64,000 nucleotides of DNA from assembly GCA_034780895.1 (NCBI GenBank), contig JAUZTB010000027.1, positions 11,437,178-11,501,177 on the forward strand. Reading direction: 5' to 3'. A model generated the notes under the pieces. It was not told the origin of the DNA. It saw only the letters and a list, made by a program, of their open reading frames with translations, and searched no databases. Shown piece by piece: positions 37,782 to 48,983 of this stretch; within the stretch, counting starts at the first letter, position 1; every line of letters starts with the position of its first letter. A program made the translations under genes and the position numbers. This DNA is from Rhynchobatus australiae. Lineage: Eukaryota.

Positions 37782-39779
37782 TTTCCCTATATATATCTGT
37801 GTCAATTTAAAGAACAAATGGATGTATTATTATTCTGATAATTGGCAGAGATATACAGCACAATCTATCCAAATGAAGGAAATTAACATTCATCATTAGT
37901 CCAGGCTGCTTCAGCTATCGTGCCATGACAATTGTCTCAGTCAATTAAGTATTCTTCCACTTCACCTTGGATGCACTTACATGACAGCTTTCTGAATCAT
38001 AATAAAAATAACAGTTGAACCTTCAGCTCCAGTTAGGGACAACACTGCTTATAATGCTCAGTTCATAAATGGCTCAAACTTCAATTGTCCAGTAACAAAG
38101 ACAACTCTGGACATGCATACTTAGAACACTCTATGTGCTCCAAGTTTAAACATTTAAAGAGTGAATGGAGAGGAATTCTACCTTTCTAACAGTTAAATTG
38201 AGGTCAAGTAGGTTTAAAACCTGTCAAGGGAGGCTGGTGGAGCTCCTGAGCATTCTGCAAATTGGATCTGACACCATATTTGTACTCTTTGCAGTCTCGG
38301 GAGTCCCACTTGTGAGTCAATCAATCAATCAGCCTCCTGATTTTTTTTCCCTGCAGGGTTAACATTGGTGAAAAGCAGAAAACTTACCAGTAAGCTTCTT
38401 CAAAATCTTCACTTAGTTCCATCTCTTTTGTTGCAGATCAAATCAACAACTGGTTTCAAAGTTTTTGCACCTTTTCTTTTCTAACCACATTTCCTAACTT
38501 TTCTATGAAGTTACAGAATTGGAACGAAGTATAGGTAGTCACTGTCAAATACAATGTCCAAGTTTGAACCACATTCTTCAACAACATCTATTTGTTAGAA
38601 AGAACTACATAAAGATTTTTTAGAACATTTTAAAGAGAAATACATGGCCAAAACATACAAAGTATTTACAAACGTAAATAAATAGTACAATATGAGAGGC
38701 ATTGTTCTCTTTACAATTAACAGAAGTTGTGTTTTGCGATCATTTGCTATGGAGTGGTTTGGTTTTGCAGTAAACTTTAGCATCCTGTAATTAATCAAGT
38801 GATTCTCTCCTGACTNNNNNNNNNNNNNNNNNNNNNNNNNNNNNNNNNNNNNNNNNNNNNNNNNNNNNNNNNNNNNNNNNNNNNNNNNNNNNNNNNNNNN
38901 NNNNNNNNNNNNNNNCAAGTGATTCTCTCCTGACTACATATTCCTCGTAATTAAAGTTCTGTAATACAGTAGCTTATTCTTTCTGCTCCAGCACCTGCAT
39001 TTCATTTGTTTACTTTCTCATGGTCATAAATCTGCACAATTGTCAATGTGCCATAATATTAGTGCAGTAATCAAAGTTAATTAGCTCTCTCAATACTGCA
39101 CAACAAGGCTATAATAGAGAATCATTTAAAGAGTTCCATATACCAAGTTACAAATGATTCATCAGTTACACAGCAATACGAAATCCCAAATGACTGGTAT
39201 TTAAAGAAAAAAAATCTTGTATTCATTCTGATTAAACTCAGTTGGAAGCTTGAAGTATTAGTCTTACCTCCATTTTTAACTAAAAATAATGCAGTGGCTG
39301 TGTATATTTTGCAAGAGGACGACCATGAGTCTAGGATTCCTCTTTAGTGCTTTTATAATAGTACTAATTTACTAGCATATGGCATTCCATACCACAACTA
39401 CCCAGGTCTGGACAAGAAGACCTCTTCTACTGATGCAAAACAACATGCTATAATCATTTGTGAGTGTGGAAATCACTTGAAAATCTTGATGAATTGTACA
39501 GCCCTAACTCTTGAATAAGAATTTACAAAATACAGGTACAAATAAAACTGGAAAAGACCATCTGACACCATTTATTTATCCTCAGAGTTCAGTAAAAGAC
39601 AAATAGTTCATTGCTGATATCCTTAGTCAATTTTCTCAACAAACGTCTGCCTAGCTAAAAAAAACATTGATATTATATTAGAGAGTTTGTCATGATTCAA
39701 CCTGTGGATATGCATCCAGATCCTGAATTTTTCACCAAAATCCACTCTTGATCTTCTGGATCATAAGAGTGAATGTAAC

Positions 39780-39975
39780 TTCTGCTGTAAAATGAAGAAA
39801 ATAATAAAAACACTCAAAACAAAAGCATCTAGAGACAGAGGAAGGTAAGATTAATGGCCTTTTTTCTGAATTGAAGTCATTGGCCTACAACGCAAATATT
39901 TTCTACTTCTCTCTGTGCTGCATCCTAACCTGCTGAGTGTTTTCAGTGATTCCTATTGTTTCAGATTTTTAGCCT
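39780..39975. mobile_element. Old Penelope pLTR-derived inverted element
   Basis: aaaacactcaaaac..gcatct at the left; gctgcatcctaacctgctgagtgttttcag..tttcagatt at the right. Confidence 0.5.
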
Positions 39976-40479
39976 CAACAGTAAACCGTTTTCAGATCTC
40001 TCTTGCCTCTGTATATCTGATATCAGATGGCTAGTCCTTTGCTGGCCCTCTTCTAATGCAATACAGGCGAGTTGATCTACAAACAACATTCCAAGGTGGA
40101 CAAACTGTTTCCATGTAGGCACAGAATCAAAAACAGTCACTGGTAAATGCATCCAAGATCTCTATTTCTGTCAAACTGTGGGCTGAATCCCTGCTCTCAA
40201 AATATTATTCTGTTAAAATAGAAATCTTCCCACCATCAATGACCCAAAGAATACTTTTGAGTGAAGTAGCAACTTAATTTATTGTACTCCTACTGACATT
40301 CTAGAGATTAAAATTTAATTTATACTCAAAATATTTATTTCCTTTCTCAACTCTTCCTATTTTTAAANNNNNNNNNNAAATCTCCCAGTTTTTGATTATC
40401 CTGACCTTGGATTGTTTGTAAACCCCTGCTCTATACTTTACCGACAGAGAAAATACCACCAGCTTTGTATCAATGAAAG

Positions 40480-41195
40480 TGTCCAAAACTAAAGCTTCCT
40501 GAACTGATCCTTACATCCCGTTAATCAATCCACCACTGAATACCTCAAGGTCCACGCCACTCCAAGGGATAAGCACATTTCTCCATTTTAAAAGCACCCC
40601 AAGGTTTCTGCTTCCACCACCCTTTGAACACGAGAATTCCAACGACTCTTCTAAACTCCAGTGGATATAAGCCTAGCCTGTCCAACCTTTACTCATATGA
40701 TAGCTCACCCATTCTAGGTATTAATCGAGCAAAACCTCTAAATTGGTTCCCAACNNNNNNNNNCACATTAACATCTTTCTTTAAACAGAGACCAATACTG
40801 TCCACAATATTTCAGATGTGGTCTCACTGATGTCCAATATAACTAAAGCACAGCCTCCATACTTTTGTATTCAATTCTAGCAATAAATGATAACATTCTG
40901 TTAGCTTTCCCCATTACTTGCTATTCCTGCATGCTGGGCTTTTAGCAAATTATGCACCATAACACCCAGGTCCCTCTGCATCTCAGAGCTCTGCAATGTC
41001 TCAACGTTTAAATAACTTTTGACTTTTCAGGCCAAAATGGACAATTTCACATTGCTCCACTTTGTACTCCACCAGCCAGTCATTTACTTTCTCTGTATAC
41101 CATTGTCGCCTCTGTATATCCTCTTCACAACTTATTTTCCTACCTATCTTTGTGTCATCAGCAAATTTAACAAAAATACCTTCTGTACCATATTG
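40480..41195 (-). mobile_element. CR1 RT/3' fragment
   Basis: tttgtgtcatcagcaaattt (antisense KFADDTK), caggtccctctg, tttcagatgtggtctcac. Confidence 0.85.
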
Positions 41196-41589
41196 TACAA
41201 TTGTAAAACACTGCTATACAGAAATAACATTAAAAAAAGAGGTATTCAATTGCTGCTAAAATGGCAATGAAATGTTTCAGTTGTGCAGAATTCCCTTTCA
41301 CAACCTTGCTCTCATGATGAGAGTTATAATGTATATTCTTTGTCTTTTAGTCAATAATAAACAGGCTTTTGTCCAAAATTTTCTGCAAGTTCATGACTGG
41401 ACCACTGATTCCACAAGCCAAACATGTCAACATCTTTTATCAAGAGTCTTTATTTTCCACACAGTGTACAAACAAGCATACTAATATAGCCATTAGTTAA
41501 GAATTCTGATAAGTCACTTCATGGAAAATGCGAGCCCCATCCTTTTCACCACAGAATACAGACAGATTAGCACAANNNNNNNNNNNNCT

Positions 41590-42615
41590 GCATGCATGCA
41601 AAGTTATACAGTGTGATGACTTGAAAATAACAATTTATCAAAAGTATCTTGCAGTACAAGAAAAATATAATACAAGAGTTTGAGATCTGAGAAATTCAAA
41701 ATTACTCAAGATTTTATATGAACAAATTCTTGGAAAGTCTCCACAATGGAGCCCCTTAAGAAACATGAACAGGATGGCAAAATGGAGCACCCAAGAATTT
41801 GAGATGAGAAAAACAGAATTTGGATGAAGAGAATAAAGGGAGCGTGTGAGACATGACAAAATGGTGTTCTTCAGGAATATATGATGGGCCTCAGCTTTTC
41901 ACTGTACACATCAAGAACAAATGAATGAACACTGTTGCATACTTATGTTGAAAATAACAGGGAGGTACAGTAAGCTGAACAGATGGGTGCAGAAGTTAGG
42001 TGGATAAAGTTGCGGTAACTGGAGTTCAATGCTGGATTTGTGAGGTTACTTAGAATCCAGAAAGACAAATCCAATTATTTTATTAAGGGTAAAAAATTTC
42101 ATTAAAATACTGGCCAACTCAGGGAGAATGGAATGTAATGGAGAGGAAATTGTGCTTCACTCATGTGGAGCCTTGATCAGATATCTTCTGTACTACATTC
42201 TTCTGTACTATTCTCAAGAACCAAAAAACTGGCTTTGATGATTATATAACAAAATGTCAGTAGGCCTTCAAGGGCTAAAATGTAAAAGTTGCATAAACTT
42301 GAATTCATTTCCTTGATTATAAAGGTCAAGAGGAGTTCCAATGTGAGTGTTTGAAATGGCAAGGCGATTTAATGGGACAGCTACTGCAAAAATATTTCCT
42401 CTGGCAATAGAATCCAGAACAATAGGAAATATCATCCTCGGATAGAATACAAAAATATTGAAGTTATTGCTAAACATTTATGAAATATTGACAAGACATC
42501 AAGAATTTGGATCACAGATGGGTAAACAGAATAAAGGTAAAGATTAGTCATGATATGACTAAACATAGGAATAGGCTTAGAGGGCTGAAAGAGCAATCAA
42601 TAGTCCTATTTTACC
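41590..42615 (+). mobile_element. Old CR1 RT/3' fragment
   Basis: tgggcctcagcttttcactgtacacatc (LGPQLFTVHI-like); tail ggaataggcttagagggctgaa..gtcctattt. Confidence 0.65.
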
Positions 42616-43719
42616 TAAAGATCTCAGAACTAAAATAGGTCTTTTCTTGTTGAAGTGAAAGCAGACTTTTTTTTGGAAGGTTTATTCTTAAACATTTGCC
42701 ACCACATGAAACAGGAAACAAATCTCAACCACAGTGGTTACATTTTCCAAGTCAACTGGTTAACAACCACCAACAGGGCAGGAAATTGGATTTTGATAAA
42801 GTGGAATCAATGAACTACCAATATTGAGGAACTCAATGGATTCAAACAATGGATATTATTAAGGTAATCTGATACTGCCATCATTTTTACACAGAACTTT
42901 CCTATTACAGTGACAAAGTTTGATCAATTATGCATATTTGGCATCTTCAAGGGTTGTCAAAACCAATCATCCAGAAAACCCAATTAGCTGAACCTGTGTT
43001 TTAAACTCAAATCTTGCTCTTTTAAAAACACACAAAATAGAAACTAAAAATCCATACTCTCAACACAGATTCCCATGAAGAAATGCGACTATATTTATAA
43101 GTGCAAATCAGAATTATATAATTGGTACTACAATGAAATTGGTAATGACAAAATGATACCACAAATCTATTTAATTTTTAATAAAAATATTCTGAAGGCA
43201 AAATCCTATTGCAAAAGTTTAGATTGCATAAATAAATCATGTCAATCAAAAAAATAAATTTGTCACTGAGAGGCACGGCTGCAACATTTTAACAGACTAT
43301 TCCCAAAATAGGTGTTTGTCACCTTAAAATTGAAAGGCAGAGAAAACATTTATTGTAACTGAACTTAAACCCTATCCCCACTCCACTNNNNNNNNNNNNN
43401 NNNNNNNNNNNNNNNNNNNNNNNNNNNNNNNNNNNNNNNNNNNNNNNNNNNNNNNNNNNNNNNNNNNNNNNNNNNNNNNNNNNNNNNNNNNNNNNNNNNN
43501 NNNNNNNNNNNNNNNNNNNNNNNNNNNNNNNNNNNNNNNNNNNNNNNNNNNNNNNNNNNNNNNNNNNNNNNNNNNNNNNNNNNNNNNNNNNNNNNNNNNN
43601 NNNNNNNNNNNNNNNNNNNNNNNNNNNNNNNNNNNNNNNNNNNNNNNNGGTTGAAAAGCTAATGACTTGGGGGGGGGGGGGGGGATGTCAAAAGAACTCA
43701 GGCGGAAAGCAGAAAAATA

Positions 43720-43851
43720 GTGGAGACACAAGAGACTGCAGACGCTAGAATCTGGAGCAAAAAATAAATCTGCTGGAGGAACTAAGCTCGTCAACCAGTA
43801 TCTGTACGAGGAAAGGAATTATCGGTATTCCAGGTCAAAATCCTGCACCAG
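43720..43851. mobile_element. Penelope pLTR fragment
   Basis: acacaagagactgcagacgctagaatctggagc..tgctggaggaact; related pieces at 26903-26985 (inverse) and 53050-53150. Confidence 0.75.
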
Positions 43852-45387
43852 CAGAAAAATTATGGTGTGCATTTTCTGATTTTTTTAATGTATTGTAATA
43901 ATCCCACAAATTTGTATGTTAAAATGCAATTTCACAAAAATCATTCAAAATCATAACTGAAAACATTAGTCATTTGCAATCAGAGGCAGATTCAATTCCC
44001 TCCCTTCACTTCAGAGCTTCCATTCAAAATCACACTGGTTTGGGCAAGACGTGGGTGCAGATTGGGAACTTGGAAATGAGTCAGGGAATTAGTAACACAC
44101 ATCTCGCAGAGGGTGCTCAAGCAGCACAATGAAGTGCAGAGGCCACATGGCCATAACCCTTATAGTCTTGGTAGCAGCTGATGAGTGGGTCAAGAAAGTA
44201 AGGAAGAAAAACAAAATTCACTTCCAAAAGAAAGACAACTCAGTGTAGCAGTGGATAGATGAACCATCATAGCATGCATCAAGGTACAGGTTTGAACAGG
44301 ATTCCTCACTGATCAAGTTCCTGAGATTAACTGCAATAGGAAGAAAAGCATTTTCCAATAAGTAACCAGTCAACCATTGCATGAGATGGGGAAAGCAGAA
44401 AAAGAAAACAATCTTTAGTTTGCAACACAACTTAAAGTTCTTCAGTTTAGTTATAAATTCAGAAATAAGTAGTTGAGTTACCATTCAAATCTATTTCCAT
44501 CTCTGTGGAAGTTTCCAATGTACTTCATAGTGAACTCAACTTATTATCATTTCTTTTAAGACAATTTTCTGACATACACTTTGTAACCAAAAGCAAAATA
44601 CTGACAGTACTGCAGCAGCAAGGTGAATGATAGCTGAACATCTCTGAATGCCTTTTGGTGCACAGATCCCAGGAGCTCAAAAGAACCAGCTGCACAGTAG
44701 TCACATTTCCCTGAGAAGCAATAGTGCTTCCTTTAAATTGGCAATCTAATAAAAATGTTTACAAAACTGCAGTAATAGGCATTGCAAAGAAAAGTGGCTG
44801 CACGGTGCTTTTTATTTTTATTGCAACAGTATCTTACAAATTTCCCCCGAGGAAATCTCAATCCTGCAGAAATGTAAGTCATATTAGAGTATTGTCCCAT
44901 TACTGTCTCTTTCCCACATGTCGTCGGTCTTCAAGTTGGCAAATTGCAACAGACAGAAGCACTCCATTGTATAATAACAATATGATTTTGGAGTTTACAT
45001 TTGTTGTGCCAATTAGTTGAGAATGTATTATTTAGTAACTACCTATAACTGACTAGCTCATGGGTACTGTAATGCTGCTGCTGTGACAACACGCTGCAGT
45101 ATTCTGTGATGTGTGTAATCTATGTAAAGCTCTTAAAGGAGCAACACCAGCACATTTTCAACCATTCTTCCTCCATTTGTCGATTACCTGATGTCATTCA
45201 TCAGAAAAATGTCACCTCAGCATGCAATTTTGACCAAAATAACAATATGGGGGAACAGTGAATCCCTGCACATCACTCATATCTTGCCAAGCTCTTAACA
45301 TGTCAAACATGAAGTCAAAATGCAATGTGCAGTTAACTCATTTAGTGTGTGACTGAACCGCTTAGCCCAACAAACATAGAAAAGGGC

Positions 45388-45540
45388 AAAAGCAAAGTAC
45401 TGCAGATGCTGGAAACATTAAAACAGGTCAGGTAGCATTGGTGGAGTTCTGATGAAAGGTCATCAACCTGAAACTTTAACTCTGTTTTTCTTTCTCTACA
45501 GATGCTGCCCAACTTGAGTGTTTCCAGCACTTTGTTTTCA
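45388..45540. mobile_element. MITE-like Penelope derivative with central hammerhead motif
   Basis: ctgcagatgctggaaac..caggtcaggtagcat, then the hammerhead, then ctacagatgctgccc..gagtgtttccagcac. Confidence 0.8.
45444..45482 (+). ncRNA. Minimal type I hammerhead ribozyme motif (probably inactive)
   Basis: GAGTT-CTGATGA-A-AGGT catca ACCT-GAAA-CTTT-AACTC: stem I 5 bp, stem II 4 bp, intact core boxes; stem III palindrome ACGT has become ACTT. Confidence 0.65.
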
Positions 45541-48500
45541 ATACAAAAGAAACCAAGCTGCGACTTATTTTACCAAACCATCCCAAGATTCTAAAATTCT
45601 CTAGTAATAGTATTATACTTGTATAGTGTTATTTTTTCCCAAATTTCAACTTACGCATTTACCATTCTAAGAATATCATCTTAGATTAACCCCAGTGTTA
45701 GAATTTTGAATTAAATTCTTGTATATGTATGGCAATTTCACAATACCAGCTGAGAACTTTGCTTGCCAGGAACAGAGGCCACAAAATTGACATAATAACA
45801 TGTGAACCACGCTTTCAACGAGTGCACTCAGTGAGTGCACCTTGCTTCTTGTGTTGACAAAGAATATAGTCGTGAAGTTTCACAAAGAATCAAAGCTACA
45901 CTATTATCAATCCAACCTTCCTGTTGCCAATGGATTTCTAATTAGGCAAACCATCATATCTTGGTGCAGTTCAATGAGGTCCATGAAATGGTATTTACTG
46001 TGTGATATTTTCAGCATTGAGATATTTTAGTGAAAGCTTGCACATATCATGGGAGTACTCACCCATTCTTCCAGTATCTTTTGTGTAGCCTCAGTGGCTC
46101 GAGCTCGATTTCTGCAGGCCAGGATAACATGTGCTCCATGCAAAGCTAAAGAGCGTGCAGTTTCATAACCTACCAAGAAAAAAAACATTATTATGGGTTA
46201 CACAGTTGTTTTGAAACAAGAAAACTTGCATTTTCCATACTCTTAGACACCACTGTTTGAATAAGCAACAATTTCATTATGCTGTCTATGTGCCTGCACG
46301 ATCTCAAAGGACCAATTTACACAAAAGCCCTGGAGTGCAACTAAACAACTAGCGACCAATCTGTCAGGTAATTTTCCCCAATAATACTGCCTAATTGTAA
46401 AAACCTTATCACAGAAGCTAGCTGAGCAATTTTCTCTGAAACATCGCAGGCTCTGGTCAACTATTGAAAACTAAAGAGCACAATGACCACATGCAAATAC
46501 ATTTTTTCTGACCGTGTAAGTTCAAAACATTTCCCAAATTTTGTTCTGTTTATTTTGAATTTATGATCTGTCTTTCACTGATGTTGCAGCATTGGTTCCC
46601 ATTTGCAAAGGAAATAAAATACCCCAAAGGGATACTATGAGACATGAAAACTCACTTAAAAGTTATTATAAACTACATAATAAATGAGATGTGGTTCAGA
46701 GATATTTATTTCTATACCAGTAACTGCCAGCTGTACAACCTTTCCAAATATCTTCTTGCAGGCATTTTTATTGCAAATGAGAGGAAAGTTCTGCCAAAAT
46801 CTGGCCAGCAACTCTTAAAGTAATAATTTGCTACAGTTTAATGCATTCTTCTAAATGTTTAAAGTGATTGCCTATTTTCAATCTTTAGCTCAACTCTCCT
46901 TCCAAATATAATTGGGGAAAAAAAATGTTTTTCAGCACCTTGGGAACCATTCCAAAATTCCTCAGAGTTACCCCCACACATATAAAGTGTATTTGCAGTT
47001 TGGTTTAATCTAATTTATGTGATGCAGGATCACAAAAATGTGCATCTTAAAATCTACCCAAGATAAGAAGATAACTGTAGTCGAATCAACATTATGGCCC
47101 TGATCCAGAACAACCTTACAGGAGATCTGATGGAATTTTCCATTTAATGAGCCAGCAGTGGCCTGCACTTTCAGATTACCTTTTCAGTTTTAAAACACAA
47201 CTCCCAATAACTGCAATTCAAGGCATTCACTACCACAGCACACCATGCAAAGGCTACAGACTGGCCACACTATAAGGGCATGCAATTGGTGACAAACTGA
47301 GTTATTTTCTGCTCAAATGCCAGTTATTGTTCAGGCCTAGAAACTGTAAACCAGTTGTAGTGCTGCTCAAGGTCTTCTAAAAGAATGGAGGTTGCACTTA
47401 GATGTGACAATTTGGCATTTTTAAGTCTCCAATGTACAATAATAGCAAAAAATGGTCAAATCCATTCATTTCACTTCAGCTTATATCCACAGTCCTCAAC
47501 TGTGCACGTTATTTCTAATAAATATACCACCCACTTCATAACCCATCAAATTTTAATAACCTGACCAATAAACACGCCTGAATCTTTCAATCAAGAATTG
47601 TCCCCTCAGAACACTCTTTTAAAAGCTGTAAAACAAGATTACAAAGAACATGTTATCTATCAACAACCAGCAGAAATACGGAAAGGCAACTTCTGAACTG
47701 TTGCAAAATCTATGGAGGTCTTAACTCAAAACATTTTTTGATACAACTTGGTGTGAATACTTCACCTTTGTAGATACTTCTCCAATTCCAATGAAAACCT
47801 AATTTTGTTTTGAAAAGTGCAATGGCAATTTCAAATTTATATAGAAATGTTTGTTAATACTATTAAAAACAATGCAAAGAGCAACCAAGAACACAAGATC
47901 TGGGCCTCCCACACCAATTGTCTCTTTATAAACATTTAACTGAATAAAATCTGCTGCTTCCAAAAAAGATCAAATTTCTATGAGCTGAAACATGTTCACT
48001 TTATATATACCGTTAATTAGATTATCCATATGTATAATATCACATTAGAAGACAATATATGATGTGAGTTAGTAATATATGAAATCAAAGCATAACAGTC
48101 AGACTATCTAATGCATGTACTATAGCTGCACTGATTGAAAATGCAATATAGCAATGGAGTGAAGACGGTTGACAGAAATAATACAATATCATACCTCCTG
48201 CACACTTCAGGAGAAGAATCTATTAAACAAGGAATAGTGTTAAAAGATCAAAAGCTTAATTAATAGTTGACATTCAGAGCAGTTGTAAATATTTTACAAA
48301 GGGACATTGCAACTTAACCAGACTTGTATCGGTAAAGAAGTTTTCAGTGAATGAATGGGAGAAAATTATAAGTAAACTTCAACTTTTTTTTAAAGCCTGT
48401 TTGAATAAATTGTTTTGGTTTGGTAAGAGAATTCAAAGGGTAATGGTGTAAATTGAGAAAAAATACTGCGCAGCATTTAAAATAACTTTCTCCCCCCTAA

Positions 48501-48577
48501 ATCACCAACATAAATTAAAAACTGAACCATGCAATTTCAGAACATTTCAAAAACATTGAAGAATGAGCTTTAATATT

Positions 48578-48750
48578 TGGAGGCAGATACACTAGGGACA
48601 TTTAAGAGCCTCTTAGATAGCCACATGAATGATAGAAAACTGGAGGGAATGTGGGAGGGAAGGGTTAGATAGATCTTAGAGCAGGAGAAAATGTCGGCAC
48701 ATCTTGGGCCAAAGGGCCTGTACTGTGCTGTAATGTTCTATGTTCTATAT
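48578..48750 (+). mobile_element. CR1 tail
   Basis: ggaggcagatacactagggacatttaagag..gggccaaagggcctgtactgtgctgtaatgttctatgttcta. Confidence 0.9.
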
Positions 48751-48809
48751 TCAAACATAAATAACCAAAATTTAAATTTTTGATAGATAAATATTAACTC
48801 CTAAGTTTA

Positions 48810-48980
48810 ACTGAAATCAGTCTCAATGTGCCAGGCAATGACCATCTCCAACAACAGAAAGTCTCACTGCTGACCCTTGAGATTCAATGGCATTACCATC
48901 ACCGAGTCCTGTAGCATCAAAGACCTGGAGTCATCATTGACCACAAATTTACTGAACCAATCACAAAATACTATAGGTAC
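48810..48980 (+). mobile_element. CR1-like second family, RT fragment
   Basis: tgccaggcaatgaccatctccaacaac..ttcaatggcattaccatcaccgagtcc..cattgaccacaaa. Confidence 0.65.
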
Positions 48981-48983
48981 ATA

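Noticed and set aside
38796-38935. 20-bp repeat CAAGTGATTCTCTCCTGACT across a gap
   Set aside because: Identical overlap at a 100-N gap; assembly artefact.
48195-48219. 25-nt minus-strand exon candidate
   Set aside because: Moderate splice sites and no recognisable peptide.
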